A DNA stretch of 62,941 nt, filler included, from Octopus bimaculoides (GCF_001194135.2; 6 parts of 6 records of this genome joined end to end with filler, not necessarily neighbours in it); one strand, 5' to 3'. Numbered from the whole stretch's first letter, positions 22,423 to 34,937 are shown. Notes: generated by a model from the sequence alone, not told the origin. Program-made: numbers and translations.

Positions 22423-23907
22423 AGCGTGGAGACACCCTCCCGAGAAAAATTATTCTTGTATTTTATAATAGCATATGCTTTGAATAGTCCATTGTTTGGG
22501 TTAACTCATTCTCTTTTTTTATATATATATAAGGTGTGACTTCTAGTGAAATAGTAAGGAATGATCAATCCAAAACATTGACAATTGAAATTCATACAAC
22601 TCTGACTTTCTGAAAAATCCACATTTTGTATATTCATTGTGAGTCTGCCTCCGCGGGTCAAATTGAAATGTAACCTCGTGCTCCCGATTCGATCAATCCA
22701 ACGTCTTGATTGCAGCGTTGTGTTGACTGTAGTTGACCGTAGAGAGAGTAGCGATTTCAGGATCATGATGGAATTCCGTGATTCTGTCTGTAATTGTGAC
22801 GATGGAAACTGAATCAGTGACTTGATTGGAAGACTGAGCAGTTATCTGCTTGATCAATGCCGCATCTGAGCTGCTTTGAATCGAGATGTTTACTGCTTCA
22901 AAACAGCTCCCAGTTGTTCGGTCATCAACATGTTGACCGGTTTTTCCGTCGGCAATTGGTTTTATCAAAGTTTTTTCGTGAATGATGGAATTATTTTGCA
23001 AAATAATTATAAATTTACAGTTACCTTTCAGTTAATTAACATCATATACTTAGTAGCTTCGGGTAATTTCATCGTTCGTTGCAAAATTTGTTGTAACTTG
23101 CTTTTAGTATAGAGAAAAAGAGCCAAGTTGTAGTAATAGTAAAACTTTATAAGCAAAATAACAATTTATAAAAGAGAGTGAAGACGATCTCTCGGCCAGA
23201 ATATTCTTCTATATTATAATAGCATATGATTTAAATAGTGCATTGTTTGAATTAGCACATTTTTTTTGTATATAATTTATGATTTCCATTGCGATATTCA
23301 ATCAAAACATTAAAGTTTCAAATTCATATGACTCGACTCTGACTTTCCTAGCAGCAGGTATCCGTGTTTGTCTGTATATATACATATAAGTATGTATGTG
23401 TGTTTGTCTGTCTGTTTGTCTTCCGTTATATGTGGGTGTGTGAATATATATATNNNNNNNNNNNNNNNNNNNNNNNNNNNNNNNNNNNNNNNNNNNNNNN
23501 NNNNNNNNNNNNNNNNNNNNNNNNNNNNNNNNNNNNNNNNNNNNNNNNNNNNNNNNNNNNNNNNNNNNNNNNNNNNNNNNNNNNNNNNNNNNNNNNNNNN
23601 NNNNNNNNNNNNNNNNNNNNNNNNNNNNNNNNNNNNNNNNNNNNNNNNNNNNNNNNNNNNNNNNNNNNNNNNNNNNNNNNNNNNNNNNNNNNNNNNNNNN
23701 NNNNNNNNNNNNNNNNNNNNNNNNNNNNNNNNNNNNNNNNNNNNNNNNNNNNNNNNNNNNNNNNNNNNNNNNNNNNNNNNNNNNNNNNNNNNNNNNNNNN
23801 NNNNNNNNNNNNNNNNNNNNNNNNNNNNNNNNNNNNNNNNNNNNNNNNNNNNNNNNNNNNNNNNNNNNNNNNNNNNNNNNNNNNNNNNNNNNNNNNNNNN
23901 NNNNNNA

Positions 23908-24766
23908 ACACAAGTTTACGAGTGTTTTTCACGCTTCAGAAATGGTCACTTGTCGCTTGAGGACCAATTGCGTTCAGGGCGACCGTCGACCTCCAGAACA
24001 TATGAAAACATCACGAAAATTCATGAAGTGATCTTGGAGGACCGTCGCTGAACAATTGACGAACCTTTTGATATGATTGGTGTGTCTTAGAGCTCCTGCC
24101 AACAAATTTTGAGCGAGGAACTGTGAATGAAAAGAATTGCAGCAAAATTTGTGCCTCTCTTGCTCACGGAAGATCAAAAGCAGTTATGACTGAATGCGTG
24201 TAGTGAACTAAGAGAACAGTTGGAAACGAAGCAGCAATCGAATTAACGGAAGTATTCGGTGCCACCATGCCCCCCAAAAGCGCGTCAAGTGAAGTCCAAT
24301 GTCAAGACGATGCTGATTTGTATCATTGATGCGAAAGGAACTGTTCACACAGAATTTGTGCCTCCTGATCAAACTGTTAACCAGACATTTTACTTGGCAG
24401 TTCTGAAGCATTTGCAAGCGCGGTGAGACGAAAACGCCCCAGCCTGTGGCAAAGTGGAGAGTGGTAGTTTCATCACGACAATGTGTTCGCTCCCTGAGAC
24501 ATTTTTTTGTTACCCTGAATGAAAAAAGTCCTTAAAGGAAAACGTTTTGCAGATGTGGAAGAGGTGAAGAAAAAAAAACGACCGAGGCGTTAAAGAGCAT
24601 CACTTCGCAAGAGTTCCAGGACTGCTTGGAACAGTAGAAAACGCATCTGGACCGATACATTGTTTCAAAGGGAGAATACTTTGAAGACGGTAAAAGTGCA
24701 AACATGTAAAACTATTTGAATGAAATAATATTGCAAAATTCCGGTTTCTTTTGGGTACCCTTTCGT
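23908..24766 (+). pseudogene. Mariner (irritans-like) transposase remnant with right TIR
   Basis: VYECFSRFRNG..LEDQLRSGRPST, IAAKFVP, EFVPPDQTVNQTFY, HHDN, KGKRFADVEEVK; ends AAAATTCCGGTTTCTTTTGGGTACCC. Confidence 0.88.
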
Positions 24767-24977
24767 TTGTATATATATACTTTAATACATTGAGTACTCA
24801 GCCTTAAACATACACACACATACATAAATATATGTGTGTAAGAGAAAGAGAGAATGTTTGTATACCGTTACAGCATATTTCTATCATTAGCCCCTCCCCT
24901 TCTACATTTTTTTCTAATCAGCTCGCATTTCTTTCATTTTCTTCTTGCTCTTATTTTCTATGCTATTTTGCACATCA

Positions 24978-25400
24978 TGTCTAGAAATGTTTGTCGTCAG
25001 TGCTTTCTCGATTATCTTGCATTGGGAGTTATTCAATCATCGAAAGATCCTCGTCTTCTGAAATGTCTTATTTGTAAGCAGACATTCTCAAACGAGGCGA
25101 TGAAACAAATCAAGACTACGTGACTATTTAACCAAAATCCACAGTGATAAAAAATTAAAAAATAAATAATATTTCAATACCCGTAAGGAAGAATTTGGTA
25201 AAAGAAACACAATTATGGTGAAGTTTTGTATGTCACCAATCTTCTTTTAACAGTTTAGAAGTGGTCAATATATCAGCACTTATTACTAAAAGTAACGAAC
25301 AATATATTGTGGGCGAATCGTTGGTAATAAATGTGGAGAGCGAGGTTTTTTCAGCTGCATGAATAAAATTGCAAAGTGTTATGATCATAAGTATATCCAA
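24978..25400 (+). pseudogene. hAT Charlie/Buster-type transposase N-terminal remnant (BED-like)
   Basis: CRQCFLDYLALGVIQSSKDPRLLKCLICKQTFSNEAMK followed by a degenerate IH..IVGESLV region. Confidence 0.75.
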
Positions 25401-26656
25401 TATATTTGAGATCAAAATACGAATTGTCTGGTAGTTAATTGCCTATTGGCTAACATTATTTAAGTGTCATTACACTAAAAATCGATATACTGAGGAGAAA
25501 AAAAAACATCAGAAAAAAGAACTACTTTTAACGAAGTTTCTTCAGTTGCTATAAAAAAACTGAGCTTGCAATCTTTACAATACCGTTTCCAATGCAGTTT
25601 GGGCCACGCCCACTTTGTTAATATTGAGTAAAGTAAAACGAATTGTAAGGAAAGAAAGATTGAAATAAGTTTTCAATCTTCTACAAATAACAGACTTGAT
25701 ATTTACCGTCTACTTCATAAAAAAACATCTAGGTTAGACACAAGTAAAATTAATATATAACCATATCAACATTATAGCATTTACTATACAAATTATATAT
25801 GATGGTTGCAACTGGCCGTGACAATAGGGTGACATTCTATTCACTGAAGAATCACACACACATACGCATGTATGCATATGTATTTATATATGTACGTACA
25901 TATGTATGTAAGTAGATCTCCACTGAAAACAAAAATCTATGAATCTCTTTAAAATCTCATAGTAACCACAAAAAATGGTATTTAATTCTGATTTCTGTAG
26001 CATTAGGCGAGTGCGAGTAAGAGACATCGCATACTTTGGAGAAGATGGTTATCACAGGGCAACAATTTTAAACATAATTTGAGTTTTGCTTTTTCACTTG
26101 GTGTAGACTAAAATTGGCATGCTGATTTCAAATCTACAGCCAATTTTCTACTGTCACATCAAGTCTTTTTTTCTACAGCTTACTACCCTGAATAAACACA
26201 GCTGTATTGTTCATGCGAAAGTAATAGAGCTGGTCAGCTGCTTTTGTTATTTTATTGATAACACTGGAGAACATTTTCGGAAAAAAAATTACTGCTGGCT
26301 TGCTCTTTACAATTAATCCTACCTAATTTGGTGGTGCTGGGTTCAGAAATGCCCTCACGAATTTTCAATCACTTCAAGTTTTTTGTTAAACACGAATTGT
26401 TTCAACCCCAAAATGCCAATTTTGCCATTAAATGCAATACGAAAGTAAAACAAACTATTAAATGCAATAAGAAAATAGCATAAACCGTATTGTACTTTTT
26501 ATTGTTTAACAAATATATTACACAAAATATTTGATAACATATCTTAGGATAGACATTTCTGTCAAAATGGAGCTTCTGCTACTCAAGGAGTGAACTCTCT
26601 CTCTGTTGCTATGCATGAATAACTTGCATCACAACAGTCTCTTTGCAAAAACCATC

Positions 26657-26693
<37 letters not shown>

Positions 26694-27013
26694 NNNNNNN
26701 NNNNNNNNNNNNNNNNNNNNNNNNNNNNNNNNNNNNNNNNNNNNNNNNNNNNNNNNNNNNNNNNNNNNNNNNNNNNNNNNNNNNNNNNNNNNNNNNNNNN
26801 NNNNNNNNNNNNNNNNNNNNNNNNNNNNNNNNNNNNNNNNNNNNNNNNNNNNNNNNNNNNNNNNNNNNNNNNNNNNNNNNNNNNNNNNNNNNNNNNNNNN
26901 NNNNNNNNNNNNNNNNNNNNNNNNNNNNNNNNNNNNNNNNNNNNNNNNNNNNNNNNNNNNNNNNNNNNNNNNNNNNNNNNNNNNNNNNNNNNNNNNNNNN
27001 NNNNNNNNNNNNN

Positions 27014-27049
<36 letters not shown>

Positions 27050-27051
27050 TT

Positions 27052-27408
27052 TTTTTACTTGTTTCAGTCATTAGATTGCTGCTAGACTGGGATACAACTT
27101 TCAGGAATTTTAATCGAAGGAATTGACATCAACACATTTTTTTTTAGTTCTGGTTCGTATTGTATCTGTCGAACCGTTAGGTTATTGGGGCATAAGCATT
27201 CCAAGTGTACCAAGGTAGGTAACACACACACACACACATACAGATGGCAGGCTTCATTCAGTTTCTGTCTACCAAATCCACTCAAAATACTTTGGTCGAC
27301 CTGAGGCTATTGTAGAAGACACTTGCTCAAGGTGCTACGCAGTGGGACTGAAACTGGAACCATTTGGTTAGAAAGCGTACTTCTTACCACGCAGCCACGC
27401 CTGCACCC
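27052..27408 (-). mobile_element. SINE family A
   Basis: CAGTTTCTGTCTACCAAATCCACTCA..GCAGTGGGACTGAA..CCACGCAGCCACGCC. Confidence 0.85.
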
Positions 27409-27497
27409 TGTGACGGTGCAGCCATTACTCATATGTAGTCATACATTTGTGATAGTACGACACATACATATAACAGACCTCATCAGGATGAATACTT

Positions 27498-27865
27498 AAT
27501 TATTATTATTATTATTGTTCAGTAGTTTTATTTTTATAACGTGCTTTCACTTCACTACCGACAGCAGCTCTGTGTGCCTTGGGTATGTGCTGTGGTTTGC
27601 TGTGATGCTCTTATGGTTACTGTATTGAAAGTGTTTTGCGTAGGATGTGTGCAGTGCCCAGTAGTGCAATTTTCTGTATGTTATATATATCTGTAAGTCC
27701 TGGTGTTTTTGTTATGTATTTGTCTGAATATTTTTTTATTATACCTAAGGCACCTACTATGATAGGAATTGTTTCTGTTTTTAGATTCCACATTCGAGTT
27801 ACCTCTATTTCCAGGTCTTTGTATTTTGAAAGTTTTTCCATTTCTTTTAGAGAAACGTTGTCATC
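27498..27865 (-). mobile_element. R4/Dong-clade non-LTR retrotransposon 3' end (RLE domain C-terminus, coding 27617-27865, 3'UTR, (TAA)n tail)
   Basis: DDNVSLKEMEKLSKYKDLEIEVTRMW..IPIIVGALG..IQKIALLGTAHILRKTL*; truncated by a gap. Confidence 0.85.
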
Positions 27866-27909
27866 NNNNNNNNNNNNNNNNNNNNNNNNNNNNNNNNNNN
27901 NNNNNNNNN

Positions 27910-27921
27910 TTAATTAATTAA
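27910..27921. other. Assembly linker TTAATTAATTAA embedded in an N gap (also 38946-38957, 55766-55777, 58389-58400, 61446-61457)
   Basis: Identical 12-mer with stops in all six frames, always flanked by N runs. Confidence 0.9.
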
Positions 27922-27965
27922 NNNNNNNNNNNNNNNNNNNNNNNNNNNNNNNNNNNNNNNNNNNN

Positions 27966-28340
27966 CGCTATCTTTTGCCGAACCACTAAGTTACGGGCAC
28001 GTAAACACACTAGCATCGGTTGTCAAGCGATGGTGGGGGGATAAATACAGGCACAGAAACACACACACAATCACACGCACACACACATACACACACACAC
28101 ACGCACACACACACACACACACGCACGCACACACACACAGACACATATACATATATATAGATATATATATATATATATACGACGGGCTTCTTTCAGTTTC
28201 CGTCTACCAAATCCACTCACAATGCTTTGTTCGACCCGAGGCTATAGTAGAAGACATTTGCCCAAAGTGTCACGCAGTACGACTGAACCCGGAACCATTT
28301 GGTTGGGGAGCAAGCTACTTACCACACAGCCACGCCCGCG
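27966..28340 (-). mobile_element. SINE family A with an internal (AC)/(AT) microsatellite
   Basis: GCCGAACCACTAAGTTACGGG..GACGGGCTTCTTTCAGTTTCCGTCTACCAAATCCACTCACA..CCACACAGCCACGCC. Confidence 0.88.
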
Positions 28341-29105
28341 TTTATATATATATTTCAAAAATTTAACAAACGGAAAATTTTACATAAACTGAAAATTCGT
28401 AGCTAATTCCTCATCAGTCAACAACGTCTAAAAGATAATTACAAATTTCATGCCTTTAACGTTGATATTGTTCACTTTTGGTGATATATATCAGACAGAC
28501 AACAGACCGCCAGATAGTATCATATGTTAGTGTGTTCTGTTTGTGGCAGGAAAATACTGCAAATGAGATTTTCAAAACGATAACCTCAAAACAAAATGAT
28601 TCCTCGTTCTTTGACATACTAGCCGTCGTTTGTCATTTATCTGTAGATATATTCAAACTGTTTAAAATGTTTACTAATACATATATATTTTCATAAACAC
28701 GATCATCTATGAACATACGAATGGCATCCGTGAGAAATTTAATCTGTCCATGGTGTATGCAACAATTAAAACAATATCAAATTAAAATAGCTATATATCA
28801 TACTTGACGTATGTACACTGCTGACAGGCAAATTATGGTACAAAGATGGTTATTTTCAATTAAGGCTATTTCAACTGCGTACACGCACACGTAGTTTTTC
28901 TTCAGTTAAACGCTTTTCAGTAATATTAGTTAATGTGTTATGCACTGTTCCTAATATATCAGAGGGGACAAATTTTGGTTAGGTATGTGACTAGCGAGTA
29001 CAAGTCACTGACAAGGCTCAAGGACACCGAGATGCGCCTCCGTTCTTGTGGATCATAGTTAGGATTCTTTTCGTCTCGCTCTGATATATATTGTTTTTAA
29101 CACAG

Positions 29106-29178
29106 CATGTCTATGGACAGAGTTTCCCTCAGACAAAACCACAGCATCATATCAGTCAACAGTGACGATACACCTTAC
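29106..29178 (+). CDS. Candidate exon (MSMDRVSLRQNHSIISVNSDDTPY)
   Basis: Acceptor ttgtttttaacacag|, donor TAC|gtataa; phase 2 to 0 joins the next exon in frame. Confidence 0.4.
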
Positions 29179-29322
29179 GTATAATAACTAGATGGCGATA
29201 GAGGATATATATTTAGCAAAATAGCAGGTCTGACACTGATAACAGGTTGTATAGGGAAAATATGTAACTATGCTACGATTAACCTGTTTAATGATTACTA
29301 TTTTTTCTCTTTTGTTTTCCAG

Positions 29323-29388
29323 AATGATCGTTTCCCACCAGAAGATACAGCTTCCTTCCACGTCATTTCAGATACTTCGTCACAGCAC
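29323..29388 (+). CDS. Candidate 66-nt exon (NDRFPPEDTASFHVISDTSSQH in phase 0)
   Basis: Long pyrimidine tract ttttttctcttttgttttccag| and consensus donor CAC|gtaagt. Confidence 0.6.
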
Positions 29389-29410
29389 GTAAGTTATTTC
29401 AATTTCTAGT

Positions 29411-29447
<37 letters not shown>

Positions 29448-30388
29448 NNNNNNNNNNNNNNNNNNNNNNNNNNNNNNNNNNNNNNNNNNNNNNNNNNNNN
29501 NNNNNNNNNNNNNNNNNNNNNNNNNNNNNNNNNNNNNNNNNNNNNNNNNNNNNNNNNNNNNNNNNNNNNNNNNNNNNNNNNNNNNNNNNNNNNNNNNNNN
29601 NNNNNNNNNNNNNNNNNNNNNNNNNNNNNNNNNNNNNNNNNNNNNNNNNNNNNNNNNNNNNNNNNNNNNNNNNNNNNNNNNNNNNNNNNNNNNNNNNNNN
29701 NNNNNNNNNNNNNNNNNNNNNNNNNNNNNNNNNNNNNNNNNNNNNNNNNNNNNNNNNNNNNNNNNNNNNNNNNNNNNNNNNNNNNNNNNNNNNNNNNNNN
29801 NNNNNNNNNNNNNNNNNNNNNNNNNNNNNNNNNNNNNNNNNNNNNNNNNNNNNNNNNNNNNNNNNNNNNNNNNNNNNNNNNNNNNNNNNNNNNNNNNNNN
29901 NNNNNNNNNNNNNNNNNNNNNNNNNNNNNNNNNNNNNNNNNNNNNNNNNNNNNNNNNNNNNNNNNNNNNNNNNNNNNNNNNNNNNNNNNNNNNNNNNNNN
30001 NNNNNNNNNNNNNNNNNNNNNNNNNNNNNNNNNNNNNNNNNNNNNNNNNNNNNNNNNNNNNNNNNNNNNNNNNNNNNNNNNNNNNNNNNNNNNNNNNNNN
30101 NNNNNNNNNNNNNNNNNNNNNNNNNNNNNNNNNNNNNNNNNNNNNNNNNNNNNNNNNNNNNNNNNNNNNNNNNNNNNNNNNNNNNNNNNNNNNNNNNNNN
30201 NNNNNNNNNNNNNNNNNNNNNNNNNNNNNNNNNNNNNNNNNNNNNNNNNNTATATATATATGGGATAGATGTGTGTGTTAGTGCGTTTATTTCTGCATCC
30301 TGCATCGTTAAATACCCACCACATGTCTATATATTATGCACCAGATATTCCACTATACAACCATTTTATTTCCCTCTGAACTATTCTG

Positions 30389-30850
30389 TCATTTCTCGAG
30401 GAGACACTTAGGGCATCTATCTGAACTGACTTCTTTTCGAATGTCTTGTGGACACCGATTACACAAACTTTGTTCTCTGACTCCTCTCATACCGGTTCTG
30501 CCAACTGAGAGGTCAGAATTTTCACCATCTTCTGAGAGGTCAGAATGTTCACCACTTACTTCCTCCATTAAGTTGTACCCTTTCTCGAAACATTGATTCT
30601 CAAACATTTCTAATCCCTTTCTTACCTCCAAACCTTTGGCCACATGGAAACATATGTTTGTTGCCAAATCAAAACTTTCTATATTACATAAAACATGTTC
30701 CTCAAACCTTCAGCTAATCAGATGGATCTTTACCAATTCTAGACAGTAAATGGGTATCAGTTCTGTCCCTATTTAGAACTGGCAGACCAATTAAGGAAAC
30801 CCTCGTACATGATATGTTCTTCAACGTGTGTTCTTAATGCAACCGAAGTT
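30389..30850 (-). pseudogene. Possible DNA-transposase C-terminal Cys-rich remnant (piggyBac-like)
   Basis: LCNRCPQDIRKEVSSDRCPKC resembles a piggyBac CRD; no catalytic motif seen. Confidence 0.25.
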
Positions 30851-31552
30851 TAAAAATTCAAGCTTCCAGTGTTTCACACATAGCTGCACTACAAGTTACA
30901 GGTTAAGAACATTGTCTGCAATATTTGGATGAAATCCCCACCAAGATTAATTGGAAAGGATGCAAAATGTCTATCAGGAAATCAAGAGATGCGTCTCTGA
31001 TGCATACACAGACTATGGGCAGTGAATATTAGTACAAAATGAAAGTATTAAACATACATACAAATGCACACATTCACACGCACACACTATACACACACTA
31101 CACACACACACACACACATACGCACACACACATACACACACACACACATACACACACACACACACACACATATATATGTCTGATGTATTTGGAGTGTTTC
31201 TTTGCAGTGCCGTGTGTATACACCGCCAGTGTATTTGCTATGTCTGTACACGATTTACTATTCACCGTGTGATTTTGCTGAAAGCATCAGTTTTGTGGGA
31301 ATTTAGTTTTCTTTATTTTACAGCGAGCTGTATATCTAATATGTGTCAAAGAAAGTCGTATACCTCTAAATAACACAGGATTTAAATTGCCTTGTGTGTT
31401 CTGTCTGATTTTTTTCTTGCAATCTATGCTCTATCTTCACCTCCACTTTATTGTCTCTAGAATGCAATGAACTGGGCTACATAGTCATCTGAAAGTTGAC
31501 GTTAGGAATTAGTGACATTGGCATAAGGACTTAGAGGTATGATGGTTTAGTG

Positions 31553-31747
31553 GATTAGAGACAAGTCCACCACCATCAATTCACCGTGAAGAAAGTTCAC
31601 CGCGAGGAAAGTTTACCGAGAAAATATATCCATAGTATCTCACCATTAATAGTTAAAAACTATTTTATTGAAAAAAGAAAAAGGGTGAATTGATGACGGT
31701 GAAACTTTCCCTGCAGTGAATTGGTGACGATGAACTTACCTGACATA
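31553..31747. mobile_element. Mutator-like (MULE/Phantom-type) MITE
   Basis: 9-bp direct repeat GGTTTAGTG at 31544-31552 and 31748-31756; clustered TTCACCG motifs on the left and CGGTGAA on the right. Confidence 0.55.
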
Positions 31748-31941
31748 GGTTTAGTGAGATGACGGCTAGAGAAAACCTGTGTGTGGAACAATCGAAGCAG
31801 ATCTCGTATAACTTCATGGGTTATTTTCTACACCCACTACGGGTGCCATGGGTATTATCCGTTATCATGAAAATGCAAATATGGACGACACTACTAGAAA
31901 TGGTACTAAATGCTTTGTATCATGGGGCTGGTGGATTAAAG

Positions 31942-32750
31942 TGATGAGCTGGCAGGGAGATCACATGTACAAGCGCCTTGGACAATATGCTTAGCAACAT
32001 TTTTTTCGGCTTTTTTACGTTCTAAGTTCAAATCCTAACGAGGTCAACTATGCCTTGCATCTTTTGGGTGTTGATAAAACCAGCACCGTTGAGCACTGGA
32101 GATCGGTGTAATTGAGTAGCACCCTTTTCCCTAAAACTACTGACCTTCTGCCGAAGTTTGAAACCATTAAGGGGGCGAGCTAGCAAAATCGTTAGTGCGT
32201 CGGACAAAATGCTTATCATCATATATTCCGACTCTACGTTCTGAGTAAAAATTCCACCGAGGTCAGTTTTGCTTTCATCCTTTTGGGGTCGATAAAATAT
32301 GTGTAAATCGAGCATTACGGTCGACTGTCCCTTTCTCCCATAATTTCAGGCCTTGTGCCAATATTTGAAAGAATTATTACGACTATTAAGGCAGCAAGAG
32401 GCAGGATTGTTAGTGCTTCGAACAAAATGCTCAGCAGAATTTCTTCCCGCTTTTTACGCCTTTACTTCAAGACCCACCAAAGTCAGGTTTGCCTTTCATT
32501 CTGTTGAAGTTGATAAAATAAAATACCAATCAAGTACTGGGGGTCGATATAGTCGACTAACCCCATCCCTGAAATTTGCTAACCTGGTGCAATAGAAACA
32601 ATTATTTTGCTGTGGTAGATTACAAACCGTCAAAGCGTCCAACAAAATGTCTTACGTTATTTGTTCCGGCTCTTTTGTTCTATGTTCAAATCCCGCCGAG
32701 TTCAATTGTGCCTTTCACCCTTCCAAGGTCCCAATCAAAATACATGAAAT
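31942..32750 (+). mobile_element. Head-to-tail cluster of four SINE family B copies
   Basis: Successive heads near 31942, 32170, 32385 and 32620, each followed by a B box and the core. Confidence 0.8.
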
Positions 32751-32881
32751 CTACTGTATATATAATCGATTGTTCCATATTCTTGAAATTTCAGACAGTC
32801 AATTATCTGGGGCCGGTGGAAAAAGAACTAGTTAAGATCTACGAATCAGCTTAATTTATTACAGCCACTACACCTCCTTCT

Positions 32882-32943
<62 letters not shown>

Positions 32944-33936
32944 NNNNNNNNNNNNNNNNNNNNNNNNNNNNNNNNNNNNNNNNNNNNNNNNNNNNNNNNN
33001 NNNNNNNNNNNNNNNNNNNNNNNNNNNNNNNNNNNNNNNNNNNNNNNNNNNNNNNNNNNNNNNNNNNNNNNNNNNNNNNNNNNNNNNNNNNNNNNNNNNN
33101 NNNNNNNNNNNNNNNNNNNNNNNNNNNNNNNNNNNNNNNNNNNNNNNNNNNNNNNNNNNNNNNNNNNNNNNNNNNNNNNNNNNNNNNNNNNNNNNNNNNN
33201 NNNNNNNNNNNNNNNNNNNNNNNNNNNNNNNNNNNNNNNNNNNNNNNNNNNNNNNNNNNNNNNNNNNNNNNNNNNNNNNNNNNNNNNNNNNNNNNNNNNN
33301 NNNNNNNNNNNNNNNNNNNNNNNNNNNNNNNNNNNNNNNNNNNNNNNNNNNNNNNNNNNNNNNNNNNNNNNNNNNNNNNNNNNNNNNNNNNNNNNNNNNN
33401 NNNNNNNNNNNNNNNNNNNNNNNNNNNNNNNNNNNNNNNNNNNNNNNNNNNNNNNNNNNNNNNNNNNNNNNNNNNNNNNNNNNNNNNNNNNNNNNNNNNN
33501 NNNNNNNNNNNNNNNNNNNNNNNNNNNNNNNNNNNNNNNNNNNNNNNNNNNNNNNNNNNNNNNNNNNNNNNNNNNNNNNNNNNNNNNNNNNNNNNNNNNN
33601 NNNNNNNNNNNNNNNNNNNNNNNNNNNNNNNNNNNNNNNNNNNNNNNNNNNNNNNNNNNNNNNNNNNNNNNNNNNNNNNNNNNNNNNNNNNNNNNNNNNN
33701 NNNNNNNNNNNNNNNNNNNNNNNNNNNNNNNNNNNNNNNNNNNNNNNNNNNNNNNNNNNNNNNNNNNNNNNNNNNNNNNNNNNNNNNNNNNNNNNNNNNN
33801 NNNNNNNNNNNNNNNNNNNNNNNNNNNNNNNNNNNNNNNNNNNNNNNNNNNNNNNNNNNNNNNNNNNNNNNNNNNNNNNNNNNNNNNNNNNNNNNNNNNN
33901 NNNNNNNNNNNNNNNNNNNNNNNNNNNNNNNNNNNN

Positions 33937-33976
<40 letters not shown>

Positions 33977-34089
33977 AGCCTCTCTCTCTTCATTGCCATT
34001 CATCTTTCACCGGTACTGTACAGAAAAAAGGCCTTCAAAAAGGTCTGCGACCAGTTTCTATTTCAGCGTGCAGTTACTTTACTTCACAG

Positions 34090-34191
34090 ATGTCATCGGT
34101 TTCTCAATGGAAAGCAATACCACAACGACCATCCATTTATCTCCCTGGACCACCCAAAATAGGCTCTGTGTGGAGTACTTTGAACATGCAA
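34090..34191 (+). CDS. Candidate 102-nt exon (MSSVSQWKAIPQRPSIYLPGPPKIGSVWSTLNMQ in phase 0)
   Basis: Acceptor ttactttacttcacag|, donor CAA|gtaata. Confidence 0.4.
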
Positions 34192-34649
34192 GTAATAGCT
34201 ACATATTCGTATATGTGTTTGCAGGAGGATAACTGAGTAATCAGGGTAGTGAAAAACCATCCTTGAAGTCGGCCGTTGATAGCCAGTCACCCAGCTCTCT
34301 ATTGTAAGCGTAGCCAAGACAATAAACGCTTAATTTCAAAATGTTAATGGGTACTTCAGAGGAGAAACAACTTCATCTTACAGTCATTAGCAGTAGTTGC
34401 GCATTAAAGGTAATAAGTGGTTCAATAACTTAAGGGATTAAGCTTAATTTCTTTGTGCTCAGCGTCTGGACTATTACATTGTATAACATTTTTTTTCTTG
34501 TCTTTGATCACTGTTATTTCCTATAAGCAACTATCTAGAAATCAAAGAAAATGACTTATTTCCTTCAAAATCCTTTTGTAACATGAGCATCAATGTTTTG
34601 AAACTGACCTATTTTCCATTGCATTTCAGACAGATTCAGCGTTGAGTTG

Positions 34650-34830
34650 CCGAAGCAGAAATATCGTTATAGCAAATATTCTGCTCAACATCACAGATTT
34701 GCTTGTCAGTTGCTTGATCTTAACCGTTTGAGCCTATCCCTTAGGGGCTGACAATATGTGCATTTCTGATGATGAGCGAGGGTAGTCAGCGATCATCATA
34801 GTTGTGTTGAAAGGGATTCTTTGGGGTTTG
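34650..34830 (+). mobile_element. Fragment of the interspersed element seen whole at 62222-62640
   Basis: AGCAAATATTCTGCTCAA..CACAGATTTGCTTGTCAGTTG..TGTGTTGAAAGGGATTCTTTGGGGTTTG shared. Confidence 0.7.
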
Positions 34831-34889
34831 AATAAATGTAACAAAAGCAAAGTTTGAAGGAAATATTAGCTATTTTTCATTCTTCCTAG

Positions 34890-34937
34890 GGGTAAACGAA
34901 TGGGAAATAACAGTTCCTACCCAAAGACAAAAATCAT
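34890..34937 (+). CDS. Candidate 48-nt exon (duplicated at 35466-35513 across a gap)
   Basis: Acceptor ttttcattcttcctag|, donor CAT|gttagt; open in phases 1 and 2, stop in phase 0. Confidence 0.4.
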
